64,000 nucleotides of DNA from Catajapyx aquilonaris (taxonomy: Eukaryota): contig KZ537997.1 of assembly GCA_000934665.2 (NCBI GenBank), positions 1 through 64,000 on the forward strand. Direction: 5' to 3'. Positions within the stretch are counted from its first letter, which is position 1. The number at the start of each line of letters is the position of its first letter. The position numbers were made by a program, and so were the translations under genes. The notes under the pieces are model-generated. The model worked only from the letters and a program-made list of their open reading frames with translations. It was not told the origin of the DNA and did not search any database. Positions 10,525 to 25,000 of the stretch are shown here, in pieces.

Positions 10525-13500
10525 TCCCTTCCACTGAACAATGTAAACCTTTTTTTTTTTTCTTACTTTCAGAATCCACATCTCCAGTGGAAAAGTACAC
10601 ATTTTTGGAAAGTGCCCACTAACAGTAATTAACAATTATTTTTTCAGATTTACGTGAACATGTTAACATTAGTGACAGTATATCTCCTACATTCAATAGA
10701 ATAATATAGAGAGCATCATGTGTCAGCCATCCATGCTGAGAATATCTTCAAAAGACATGGGGGTAGCTAAGCTATCTGCAGCATCCCAGCTGGCTTCTAA
10801 GCTTTGACAAACAGTCTGGGGGAAGGGAATACCAAATAAACAAGGGACTACCAATTTCTGTTGGTTCCATGGTTGTTTGCACTTCACCGTCTCTCGACCC
10901 CTCACACACTTTTTTCTGTGTTAGTCACGACGCGAAGTTAAGGACCTAAACCGTGCATTTGGTGAAAAAAACATGAAATTTGGTACGAATGTCCCAGAGA
11001 CCCCTGAGACCATACTCTCAAATCCAGATTTGGCTACCTTGAAGCCTGGGCATGTAAAAAAATACACGTGTTCAGACGGAATCAGACCATGCTGTGGGAG
11101 TTCAAAGTCAGAATGTCAAATAAGCTTCAAAAAAAAGTGTGTCTAATAATGTCTTCCGTGTTTACAGCACGTTCATTTTGGACCTCAGATGACCTCTCGG
11201 CTTCTTGGCCTTAGGGTGCCCTAAATGAGTTTTTATGGATGCATGGTAATTTGTGAACCTGTTGAGTGCTTGCTGCTGGGTGTATTTCCCTGATCCCGAG
11301 GTAGAACATCCATGAAAAGCAGGAGGCGTACTTTTAGAATGCGGAAGGCATTGTTATCAAAACATAGTGGACTCATTTACTGGAGCCAGTCTGGACCAGG
11401 TCCACTGCAACAGTTATAATAGCAATAACAATGCTATAATTTTGCTGTTCAGTGAAGTAGCGAGTATCACGAAATTTGATGGCAATCTAGTCAGTTGTTT
11501 ACCCAGTAAGGATAATAATTGCAAAAGCCACTAACACAAGCAAAACGTTATGGAATCAAAACAAAATTATGAAGCATGAACATAGGGGCCAAAAGTGTTT
11601 CCTCCAGAACTGGCTGGATTTGCGAACTACTGAAAAGGCCACGCCTGCAATTTATTCCGTTGTAATAGTTGAAGGTCCTTGCCGGCCTCAGGCATAGTTT
11701 ATTCAAATTAAGAAAATGACAAAGGAAAGAAAAGATTTTAAAGGAAACCCGGTAGTTGTAACTGACAGAGATGAACATACAAATGACATGAAGATAATTG
11801 CTACTTTTACGACACCTGCGTTTACATTTTAACATGACCTTTTCCTTCACAATGTAAGTAGCTCTTAGATTACGATAACAACTTGTTTTGAACAAACGCA
11901 ATGACATAGAATTATTGTAAATGAGGTAGGGGCACTACAGGTATACCCAGGAGTTGCAGTCTACACCTGCATAACCTTTGAGTACAGTACTAAGTTATCT
12001 GGGTGTTGCACTACAGGTATACCCAATTCAGGAGGAGGGTATATAGGTGAAGAGGCTACATATTGTCCTACTACTTATACATCGTTGTTGCAAGCTGTTA
12101 TATTTAGCAACTTCTCATTACATCACATTTTACCATCTCTGCTGTAGTTTTACATAACTCTGCATATACTATACAAGTAACACCACCATAGATGCATGTT
12201 TAAGATCACTAAAACCTGCGTCACCTCGTTGATAACAGCGATAAGAATGAAACGACCCCTTGACCTTAGTGGAAATTCGAGGTCAATGCCCCGTCTATAA
12301 TTAGATCATGGTTGCCCGGTGTTTGCATTTGGTTTTGTAGCCCCAGCAGACCACCAAGTCATGGTGCTGTGTACAGTCAGTAGTGTGTTTGAAAGAGGTG
12401 TTGAGGTAACGTTTGCCCTCAATGCACTACGTCACCCACCTCAAATCACCACAACTCCTACTCTTTCCGGGCATGCCATATAGGGAGTCCCTCTCTGCGC
12501 AAATGCAATTTTCCGAAACGGAAGTTATGATGTGAAAATGGTAAATTTAGTACAGTATTTAGTTGTGAAATATATTGACACTCACAGAGCAGCATATTCA
12601 GGGGAGCGGAAGAAAAATAAAATTTGAATCTCCGCTAGCATATTTACTTCCATTGCTTTCCACTATCGTATGTAGTTATCCTTGCCGTTCATTGACACGG
12701 TTTTGGCGGGGACATTAATGCAGTGCGCCTTGCACATTTCCTGTGCCTAATTAAAGTGGTCAGACTCGATAATTAAGCCAGCCGTCAGTGACGATAACAG
12801 CATGGGCTTAAACGTATCTAAAAATAGATGTCTCCTATGCATACGATTGTGAGAGAAACTGGACTCACTGTGTTAGCCCTGACTCATAGAGATGACTGGA
12901 GTTTCCATTCAGCTAGTAAACAGTACTGTGGAGGACGTCCCTTGACCCCAAGAATTGGGCAGGCAAAACACCCTCACCAGCACTTATGTGGTCATATGGG
13001 CGTGGGTTTGGATCTGAATAGGCGGGGGTTGATTGGGTGCTGTCTTTCCGGGAATCCTCGGAGAAGATGAAGACGGTGGTTGCTTGGCTGGTGGTCGTTG
13101 CCATCATCATCACCGCCTGTCATATGTTCGCTTTCAGGGCTGATGGACCTTTTCCGGAGAGAGCTTTCTTTGTCGCTTCGAGGTTTTTGGAGCCTGCGTT
13201 TTGTCACTTTTATATTTGGAACCTAGGCGCCAGCGCCAGGCTGGAGCTGCTGTCTACGTAGTTCGTATTGGGATTTTTGCCTTGGTCATGACTATCAAGA
13301 AGTTGCGAAGGTCTGTGCCAGACATCTGACGGAAGTGTTACAATGGTTGGCACAGGAGCTTGCATTAGATAGGCTGGTCAGGCTTGTGTTGTAAACATCG
13401 GTGGCAGCCAGCATAGGAGCAATATGCTGGACGTGATTCCGAGAATTAAAAACCAGTTATATAAATACAAATTGTGAATAAGTCCGCCAGTGAAAAGAAT

Positions 13501-16500
13501 TCTCAGCAGTATTGCGTGGTATTAAGATTACTGTACAATGTTGAATCGACAGACAGGAATGAGGAAGAGTCACTGCACCTATCTCATAGTGCACATGGGA
13601 AACTGCAGCAGATGCATGCATGTTGTCATTCATGCTATTCCACTCTTTTCCGGAGAGAGTTGTGCAGGAAGTGATGAGAGTGGATGAGTCAGACTTCATG
13701 ATGACCCAACCCATGGCTGTGGCCAGTAGAGCGCGAACCTGGCTGGCTTACTTGGCCAATTAATTAGGGTCATACAGGATGCAGCTGATGCAGGCTCCTC
13801 CACTATAACACTTGAGGCGAGGTCATATTGCAATTTCCTAGTGCTAGCTATTATCCGAGTACATGTGTTCCTCACTTCCACTTCCTCGATTGAAATTGCA
13901 TCCGTTTTTGCATACATTGCTGTTGTTTTCTGAATGTTGTATTGATACTGTAGACTTGACTATAGACAAATTGTATACAATTTTAGAGTTTAGCATGTTA
14001 TTCTGTAATGACGAATTAAACTAATCATTATATTTCCAGCACTTTCAAATCCATTGTTGCAGCCCTTTGCAGTTGGAAAATATTGCAGCTAGCTTGATTG
14101 GCATTATTTTACCATTCTGGTTAAGTTTCACTAATTCACTAATATTTTGCCACGTTTAAAAAAATCTTTCTGCCCGGAGCAACATAAGCACCCTATACAG
14201 ATCACCTACACCTCATACTTCCTCATATTCTTTGAATTGCATGTAAGTGCGATTTTAAAAGTATACGTCTAATTTGTAAGTTAGACAACCTGTCGGAATT
14301 CAGCCAAGCTAGGACCTTCACATACGGAAAGTGTTCCGGCGAAATTACAAGAGCTGCTGGTGGCCTAGAGGCTAATTTTATAAGCAGAATTAGCATAAAA
14401 ATAAAGACGTCCAGAGGATGGCTGTAATGTGTCATCACGAGCGGAAGCCCAAGACATAACAATCTGAAAGAAAGAATAAACTCTCCATACAATTGCAAGT
14501 CAGTTTCCGATTATCATCTGAGCTGTCACTCGGCATGTCCATTGCATGCATTCCAAGCAGAACACATTATTTCTTTGAACTTGTGAACCAGCATTTATAG
14601 CAAGTTTACTCCACCATCGTTTGCCCGAGATATATAACTGCATGGCCACGTGCATTTTGCGCAACAGAAAACAGACATCCGTAACCCCCTTCTGGCTGAC
14701 ATGTTGCCCCAGAGTAAACAAGATTCCCCCTTCGGGCACTTATTTTCCAATATCCCTAATTAAAATGAGAGAAGAAAGCCATTTTGAGAGTGATTGATGC
14801 CCGTCGTCAGCCTTATCGTCATGTAGCATGATTAGGATCCGTCAACTGGCAGACATATCCGGGTCTTTAACTTGACCATATTTCGAAGCTGAGCCATGTC
14901 GCTCGCCACGTGGAGCTGAAACTGCCCATAAACGAGTTCGCCGAAAACTTATGAGAGAAATAACGTTATGAATTGCTTTGGAGAGCCAATCATTGTGTTA
15001 ATTTATCTTGAATGTTAGGGACATTACCAGATGGCTGAAGCATTTTTGGAGCTTACCTTTCATGCATGTTTTTGTTTTTGTTTTAATTTCCACCATATGA
15101 ATAAGATGGATATCCTCCGTAAGCCAGAAACAATGATGAGAGATACCTCTGAGGACCGTACATGTCGCATGTATGGGCACATTGCATCGTGTAGTAAGTG
15201 AAACTAATGCCACGAAAATTACGACAAATGTGGAGGTATTTTATATATGAAAGCGCCATACCGTAGAACAGCACTATACTCTCTAATGTAATGAAGCGAA
15301 GTAGGCTACTGTACTGTATAGGACCGTCTCATCCCCCTTACATACCCGTTTTACACCTTTAAATCTGGATTTTTAGGGATTTACTTACGTTATTATACTT
15401 AGCTAATTAGCTGATTCGAATATCACTGCGTTAAGAGCAAATAGATGAGGTGGACAGACACTTATTAAGTAGTAGGCTACATCGTGCAGGATGCATATTT
15501 TGGCATTATGAGAATGGTGGACGAGAGCGATGACTCGTTAGGTTTATGGCCTTTTAAATAATAAAAAAGCACTTCCTGTGGCGACTTCCAGACTGACGGA
15601 AGTTCCTTCTGAATCACAATGTCGGTGCCACATTATTTAAGACAAGTCTTAGTAAAAATAGGTAATCACCATTAGAATGTACATCTTGCCTTTTAAATTG
15701 CTCCAGTATAGTAAGCATTTGTGGTGTAACTCTCGTAAAGAATCCGCATCCTCAGCAAAGGACTATGAACTGGTAGGTAGACATAACAAAGTGCTTTTTT
15801 GCATACATATTTGTTGATTTTTGGTTGTTTTTTTTTTTCCTGCCGTCAAACCTCTTCCGTCGGAAATAGGCTGTAAAATGAAATTTACAACTTTGCTGCA
15901 TTTTATACTGATTATGATGTTTGTAGAAAACCAGCTGATGCATTCCAAGCCTTTAGGAGCATGTGCCGGCTAGGCTTTGTGTTTTTGCCGACTATTGTGC
16001 AAGAATAGTTATGACAAACTTGATGGTAGGAGCCCATTCATTGCACATTTGAGATGCTCAAATAGTGCCATTTTAGTGCAAGATTTACCACTGAAAACCG
16101 ACTCTCAAAATTGCTTGATCGAGGCAGTAGCAATTTTTCGAAATCATTTGCAGAAAAAATACTCAAAATAATTTAAAGAGAAATTCCTGCATTTGCATAC
16201 ACCGGTTATTGTACATCGTACAGTGAGTCACCCTTCCGCTTGAGACACTTGAAACTGGTTATATTGAGAACATGTAAGTGGCTGATAGAGGTGTGTGTAT
16301 ATAGCAGGTCATCATGCGGAAAGTCCTACGGAAAAGAGCGGTCACCAACTCACCGCATAGTCGAAAAACGACTCACACATTAACCGGCGGAAAGTGACCA
16401 TATGTCTCCGCCAAAAAATTTGGACCCCCTGCTGATTCACCAATTCCGGGATTGACCACACGTATATTTATTTGCTCTTGTGGGAAGCCGCCAGGAGTCA

Positions 16501-18994
16501 TTCGTAATTTCCGTCTTGTCTGCCGCAAATGAGAAAAATAGTTTGTTTGGGGGTGGTTCATAATTAATTTGGTCGATTAGAGGTCTGGCCGCCTGCAGTC
16601 AAAATTATATCCAGTGTGGAACCCAAGTCGTTAAGGCAACCGGCGCAACCCCTCAGTTATTTTCACAAATGGGCATTCCAGGCAGTTTTAAACCCACAAA
16701 CTCCTTATTTCCCTTCCAAATGAAGATATACTGGCTTCTATCACTTGAGTCATTTTGAATTTTCCAAATGCAAGAGACTATTATGTAAAGTGTCAGTTAG
16801 TCAAGGCTGCAGTTAATTGTGATGGACACTTATACCTGACAAAAGTTGTGTTCTCGAGGGAGACCTTGATCAGAATTGAGAATCATCGACTTAGAATTAG
16901 TTAGTGGCCTTCGAGGATGTTAAGGAAAGACAAAAAGTGCGTGGTTTTCTATTTCCGTGTCTAGTTAATAGCGGATCTACAGGGTAGATCAGATTACCCA
17001 GGGAGTTTACAGAAGAATAGAAATGTGATACAATGTTTGGGTTGAGATTATCACAGTCGAAAATTTTCATTGTCAAGGTCTTCTGGGCACACTCTTTGTC
17101 ATTTAGCGAAAATGACCACCTAATGTTTGTTGCGTCTGTCTATAAACACTGAACAGTAATAAGACCGTAATTATTGGCGTGATAACATTCGGCATGCCGT
17201 ATCGATGTAGGGTGCTGATAATAATTTACTCGCACCTACTGACGTTTGGCAAAGCAATTTAGCTGCCAGAAGTCATAGCTTGGGGGTCTTATCCGTGAAC
17301 GCATGATCACGCAACAATTGGTTTGTGTCTATTTTGCACATACATATTAATTGCGTATAGGAAACACTAGCGACCTATTATTTTATGAGTGAGGAAATGA
17401 AAACGGCGTGCATTTTGAAGCAAGTTGCTCATCAGGATCAATGAATTGCCAACCCAGACCTTGCTAAATGTACCGTACCTAAAGTTTAGCGTGCTATTAA
17501 TATGACCGTATCGTACAACCTGAGGTGTTCAGCGTGTACTGTACCTCTGGCGTGTACCACGCAGTATACCGCAGTATACGTTGTCTCCGAGTATTTCTTG
17601 AGCATATAACCTAAACACGCAACTTCTTATTAATAATTATTATTCATACACCACAGCATTAGCTGCTATTATGTAGGTAGTTATATTATACGAGGAAAAG
17701 AAGTTTGCAATTTGAAAATAAATTATTGTGATTGCGTAATGAGCAGCTCTACTGGAATTTGACTGCTTTAGAGGCAGATATCTAACAGTGCTTGGACTAG
17801 GAATTCGGAAGGCGCGTTTATCGTCAATTATTCAGTATCGGTGATTCCTGAAAGTAAGTTACGAATAATATTTTTAATTGAAAGTAGCGAAACATCGTTC
17901 TTCAACTCTGCATACCTTTACGCCTACGTTGTTAGATCATTAGGTCGTTAGATGCATTTTTCGTGCAATTTTTCGTGCAATAGATGATAATGGGTTTTAA
18001 TATTTCTTGAGCTACACCGCCTGACAATTTGTTATATGCTTTAGCTATTACAAATGTTATGATATATTTTCTTGCGATTTTTCTACTATAAATTAGCATA
18101 ATGTTTCATTCCACTATTCATTTTGCATACTTCGGTACATGATTGATGAATCTATATCTCATGAAGGCCTGATGCATACTGTAAAATAGTGCTTGTACTG
18201 TATGGATATTAATTCATAAGTTTTGTCACGTAGCTCTGGCACATGCATAACTTAGCGCGTTCGTCTCTCGTTATACAGGTTGGCAACCAACTATTATTCG
18301 CACAGCAGCGTATTTTGCATCATAATATTTACGATATCAGCAGATCTAATAATGCCGTGCATTATGGGTTGCTTCAAGAAGTTTATTAATACCACGATTA
18401 CGTAAATCCCAATTTTAGTTATGCAAATCCTGCATAGATTACACTTTTCAATTTCATGGTTTTGATGACCTTCGAAGCAATTTCCTGACCGGAAAAAAGC
18501 ACATAAAATCTCCGTACAGTACCCATCCAACCAGTCTGATTGAATGAATCCAAAGTGCATGTAGGGCACAAATTAAGCTGCAATACATCGTTGGCCGAGA
18601 TTCAAAGACCGGCCAGCCTGTAGATTTGGCAACGCGTGGAACGGACCTCGCTTGGCGCGGCTAGGCCTCGTTGCTCGGCTCAGTCGAGTCTGGCAAGCGA
18701 CGGAAGGGAGTCGGTTGTTCTGGCTATGGAACCACGTGGTTCACGTGCATGGCCAACCGTACACTAGTGCACCGGGATGACGTGCCTCTGACGTCACCCA
18801 GAGTGGTAATTATGAGGAACTGAGGAAAGGGGGGGGGCCGAGTAATGTTAGGTGAAGGCAGGTGTTGTTGTCGAGGAGGTACGAGTGTGGTCTGCACATG
18901 CAACCTGTGTTGTTGTTGTGCCACTACCAGCAGAAGCAAGAGCAGCCACGTGGTGCTGGTAGTGGCGCCCTGGTAGAGCCAGAGTGTAGAAGAC

Positions 18995-19093
18995 ATGGTG
19001 CTGGCCGCCGTCCTGCTGCTGCAGATGGTCCTCCTCATCGTTGTGGTACAAGGGGCGCCGCACAACAGGCCGCAGCTCATTGGTGACAACGTG
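18995..19093 (+). CDS. Mmp2: Mmp2 exon 1 (signal peptide)
   Basis: GAC-ATG-G start with an in-frame stop upstream; [22 protein letters not shown]...; GTG|GTAAGG phase 0 matches exon 2, 11.7 kb away. Confidence 0.75.
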
Positions 19094-22000
19094 GTAAGGT
19101 CAACATCCTGAAGCAGCCACACTATTCAAATTTAGGAGAATATTAATTAATAATTTTTGTTAATTGTGCTTATGCACAGTACTGTACTGTACAATGCACT
19201 TATATAGCGGTATCTCTTGTTTATGGACTTGCAGCATGAATTTCCAAATGTATATCAGTCAGGAAACGTCAAAGCGATAAAGCTGGGAAGGGGAAAAAAA
19301 CGTATGAGAAGTAACAGGAACTCATCATAACAGGAGTTACTACGGCAGTAATCTGTAGGGCAGTAGGGGTGACTAATGATCCCACGCGATCAGCTGGAAT
19401 CAATAATGTGATCGATTGTGCATTAATGTGATCTATGCAAGGAGGGTGCAATCATTAATATTTTTTGCATGGTGATAGTCATTGTTGGCGTAAGATGTGT
19501 CGTAAATTCAAATAATGATTAATGGGTACGCTGCATTGTGTTGAAAGTGGTTACTGGTAAATTTGATTAGATAAATTTTTATAGCCGCTCTGCCACATTT
19601 GCCTCACGCTGCACATTGCGGCTGGGTTGACGTTACACTTTGCAGCTGCATTGTATTTTTCGAGGAAGATGCGCGCGGTTGCACTTTCGGATGATGATGA
19701 TGGTCTCATCTTATTTTCGTCTTCTAAGAAAAACCTCATGAACCGTCGCAGCCGTCACATGTCTGCACTCCATTTTTCATGTAGAAAGTAGTACAAGTCC
19801 GAAATGGCTATATAACTTTAGTGTACATTCGATCGATATGTTCCAAGGACTGTGTTTTTGGCTGTCGTTCCACGCCCTGTTTGTGGGGGAGATTTTATTT
19901 TGTCTGTCTGCATAGGACATTCACTCCAATGTATTGTGTCTCTAGGCGAAACAATTGCTGTGGACAGTTCATGACATACCAGAATGAATAATTCCAATGG
20001 CAAAGGTGCTGTCCTCATATTTGGCTGATGGCAAATATTGATGTGCAAGGCGGTCCCAAGGAGGCAAGAAACATTCATCAGCCTCGACCACATGTTCCTT
20101 TTAGCGATTCACCGCATGTGACGTGTCCATGTGCTGCATCTTTTGCCACCTGCCGACACAACAAAGAAAGGTCAGGGGGGAAAAGGGTGCAAAAAAGTAG
20201 CACCCTTCGGTCCTATCAGTGCAGTCCAATGGCCTTTTAGCGGATGAGTCAGCACACCTTCATGGCGCCTGTGTTTATACCTGGGAAGCATTGAATTCCT
20301 ATTTCCGGATACCCCAAATGGGTGCTTGGTCTCAGCTGGAGTGTGATATTTCCCACGCTTAGAGCAAGTTTGGGCACTTATATACGGCCTGAATATGGAT
20401 TGACAAAACAAATAATTGCTTCTAAGGACAAATCGCAAATTTTGGCAGTTCTTGGAAACTGGCACATCTAGCTAGAAATCAACCAAAAATTGGACCATTG
20501 CCATTGGAAACTAGCGTATTCCTGACTGCCAGCTATAACTTCTAAAAACAACAGTACTGGTGGCGACGCGTTATGAATCACCTTGTGATTGGAAGGTTGG
20601 AACTTTTATTTATGCAGATTGAGTGACAGATGGAATGGTGGGTCGAAGCATCGTATTGGCGTGTCATCACCTCGTTTTTGTCTGGCTAAAATCCAATATA
20701 TTACATAGAGCTAAGGCGCTTTTTTGGGCTTCCTTCCGATCCTCTTATCATGGCCCACCTCCATTACAGATTGCCAATCCATTTTATTCGGGGGGCCTTT
20801 ACTGCAGTTTCTCGTGTCTCGTGCACCGATATACCGTGTATTCGATGAGGACAGGGATGTCGACACGACTAGTACCAATCAGGATATTGCATTCGTTTAT
20901 CACCCCCAATTCACAGGAAATATTTGAATGACAGTAAATAGGGATAAATACGTCATTAGTAAAATATTGTTAGTTAGTTTGACATTATTGAAAGCCCCTT
21001 GTCAGTCGAATCAATAATATTTGTTCTGTAATCTTCACTAACCCATTCACGACCTGCCCTACCCTATTGACATACATGGAACGTAGGTACTGGTACGCAC
21101 CAATTTTTTCCCATGGATTATGGTAAAGTCGCAGGTCACGCATGACCTATAACGGAGCAGGCTGAGTCACCTGGCCTGAAAATAGCTGGGGACCATTGCT
21201 CTGGTTGGATTCAGCCTGTGATGTTACGTGAAACGAGGTATTCAAGGCCACGACTCCATTTCTCACCTGTAAACAAACCGAAGTTGACGTCCCCCGAAGG
21301 TTCACCTCGTTCAGGACAACAACGGTGCCACATCTATCCACCCCCGACCTACTTCGGCCACCAAAATTATAGATAATTTTTCTGACGGGACGAATTAGGC
21401 GGCCACATGAAAGGACCATTTAAATTGACACGTCTGGGTTGGTCGTTTGTTGTGGACAGCGCCTCATTTACAGATAGGGCTTCACATACGAATATGCCAT
21501 GGCCAGTACGTTCCCATCATTAACAGAGTACGACCTCATTTAGCAAATGATTAAATTATTTTATTGTAGGGGGGTCTATAAAAGTAGTTAACAATGCTTA
21601 AATGTAGAAAATTGATCTTGGACACATATGGGACGGAAGTTGTTTATATGATACATCCACTTTCGCACTTGTTACATGCTCGTGAGTCCCTTCATGTGTG
21701 AATGGGCTTGGCCAGACCTCTGTTTTGTAATGTAGACGGGTGTATGTAGTTGCATGTGGCAGTACATACGCCCCCCTTATGGATAGTGTACACACGCATG
21801 ATGATCTACCATGGTGACCTAGTAGTACTTTTTTTTATTTGCAAATAAGATGGCATGATTTATGGCAGATTTCAGGGATTAATGAAAGAAATATTAGATG
21901 GGTTAAAAAGGGTCATAACCCGAAGAAACTTGAGGATAAAAGCGGTCCTAAAGTGTGCTTGGCTGACACTAGAGTGATGATTCAGAATGAGGGCCGTATA

Positions 22001-25000
22001 CTTCGAGGAATGGCATCCGTTTATATCGTAATTAATAATTTAAGTGTTCTTCCACTGATGGCATAGAATTAGTAGCGGTTTTTTGTCGGCTTGTATTTGT
22101 GGCGGGGTTTATTTTAATCGCCAAGGCTATTTATAACCAATGCTGATTAGATTATGGATATTAGATGTAATACCGGTCGACATATTGCCTTATGGTATAG
22201 ACTAGTTGTGTGTGAAGTGGAATTGTATCTTGATCCTTATGGTACTGTACCTGAATACAACTGACATCATACTCTGAGAAGTGAGCAGTCTTATTGTCAG
22301 CATTGTCAAATGTTTAGCTAACTTTGCAGTTGAAGTTATTCGTGAAGAATTCGATTTTCCCAAGGAAACTCCGCTTCCCGATTTATTTTGGAACCTCACA
22401 AGGGACGAATTTGGTTGAAAATGAAGTTACGACATTCTCTTCCAAGTACCACAGTAGTAGGTCAATGTTAGTCGATACTCCGTTTTATCTGATGCAGACT
22501 GTTGGACACTTACACTTTGCTGTGGTTTCACTTGACTGACAAAATAAATGGTTTCAAATTTGATTTTTGTTTTGTTAAAATTCCATTTCATATTTTCTAA
22601 AGAAGTATGCCGACATTATTTTGGACGAAAATAAGTTGCGCTATACCAGTAACATTCTTATACTGTCTGTGCATAATAATATCCCCTTCGTCCGGTCTCT
22701 CCTCCCACATTTTCCTCTTGACCCGAATTAAATTTTTGCCTGGACAAGTCGCACCCAACAAGTATCTAGTCACCACCCACTCCCTAGTGTCCACCAAATG
22801 ACCATAAACGCTGGAAATACTTTTAGCCCCGAACACTCAACTACATTAGAACTATATGAGAGGAAATGTTTAAAATAAATACTACACATTATGCTACAGA
22901 CTTCGTTCTTGAATATCATCCATGTAATTACACCAGTGTTTTATTGTGCATCCAGACTTGACGAGCACCCTGCACCATTAGTGGTTGCCTAAATACAACG
23001 TGCATTTTTACTTCCCGTCGGTTGAGCCCGTGATTGCCCTGGGTCCTTCCCCACGTGGCCCCCCTCTTGATAGGATCCTCCCATAGAAACACTCACCCCC
23101 CCCCCCCCTTTCAGATCGATAGTCCACAACTGGAGGGGCAACTGCACTGTTGCCAACATTGTTCCTAGTGTCTAAGATATGCCACGATTTTTTTGGTCCA
23201 CGTGGATGAAAAAACTGGGGGATGCGAAAATAGGCTGTGGTTGCCTCCAACATGGTAAAAATAGGACAGGAGAAATATTCTGCGAGGTGTGCCTGCATTT
23301 TGCATTTTGTGCACCGAAGTAAAAATAGGGGCATTGTTTCCAAAAGGCTGCTCGAATTTTGGTTTAGAGCAGAAAATTTCACATTTGCACATTTTAAACA
23401 AAATTGTAATTTAAATGTGATATGGGCTCATCTATGCGAAAGGTTTCATATGGGAACCTTCGTATTGTTACAGGATGAATATATATCTGGGAGGCTCATT
23501 TTAATACGAATTGTTTAAAAATGATTGATGCGTTTAGGGGAGGGAATTTGCGAGGGTAATTGGTAGACGAGGTGAAAGGTGAGTTGGTGGGCAAGGTTTT
23601 TATTAAAACAGGACGGAAGTTCTTCTCCCGCCCCTCACATCCCTTTTCTAGGTTGACCTTTCGTGTTCGTTGGAACAAAACCCCCTCTTTTTATATCTGC
23701 GACTAGCCCCTCCCATGTGTCCACCAGCTTCCTTTCCCACTCTCCATTTTTTTGGAACTCACTATACCGAGTCCTACTCGGTTTTAGTGTTTGATTGACC
23801 TTCGCTTTGGTGTGAGTGAACGTGCATCGGTGGTTGGTTTAGAAATTTTGTTATTTAAAAAAAAAATATCTAAACTATTTGTAAGAGACACAAGATACGA
23901 AGATACATTCAAGGCAAGCATCATCTTTACTAGTTTTTTTTTTGCTCCTTTTTGCATGCATCATTATGCATGTCTGGTCCGCACCTTACAGTGACTGCGG
24001 CCTTATTCGTCACAGAATTTACGCGGACGTTTTTCCGCATGAAGAGCTTTGAGTGGGATTCATTGGCGCCTTTCAGACCCCCCATATACCTCCCATGCCC
24101 TTTTCCTTATCCATGGAGATATGACAAAGACGAGACTCATGTCCTGATAGGTTACACGCAATCAAATCCCATATACGTCCGAGTTAATTAATGGGGCTTG
24201 GGGATCATTAGGATGAATTACGTACCGTATGTGGAGTATTAGAATATTTGATGTGACACCCTGTACCGGATATATCTGTAGAGTTCCATGGACTGTGACC
24301 TTTGATGCTGAGAGATCAATCGAGAACAATGAGAAAGTATACTGATTGTGGGATGGTTATTCATAATTGTTACTGCATCATGGTCACGGTGAGTCACAAT
24401 GTATGTCCATTTGTCACTGTCTTGTGGGATAGGCGATGCGAATGTAGGAAGTTGTTTGGAAATTTTTTTGAATACTTTTGTCTCGCCCTGTCACACAGAA
24501 GTAGGCCACATCAACAATAAATATTCCAAGGTTCAATGATACACATGGGCTTATCAGGCTTTATGATATGCTCGAATTCCAAGCTTAAGATTAACATCAG
24601 TTGTCAGGGTTGGCAACAATGGATGTCGTGTTACACCGATGCTGACTTCTGGTCCTGAGAGAAACCCAAAGCCCCTCTGGCAATCAGGGTCGGTTGGGGC
24701 AGAGTTCCAGGAAAAGAGGGTCGCTCTTCGTCTTCTGATTATTTTCGGCTCCAGAAAACTCTGCCACCAGCAGGGAATTTTAGAAACCGATGCGCGAGAC
24801 TACATCAGTTTTCACAGATGTGCGCGAATTTTTGGTCATGACCACGAGATCAAAGAGGGTCATGGCATGTAATTTTAATGCGTTAATCTACCGTTTCATT
24901 AGGATATGTGCGACAGTCCTGTTTTTTATATGCATATTCTAATAGGTATAATGTGGGATATTTTTGAGCAGATATGAGGGTGTGAGCTTGAGGGTGGGGA

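Noticed and set aside
11932..12027. Repeated GCACTACAGGTATACCCA, superficially repeat-spacer-repeat
   Set aside because: Only two copies, eukaryotic context, no cas genes; a local duplication, not a CRISPR array.
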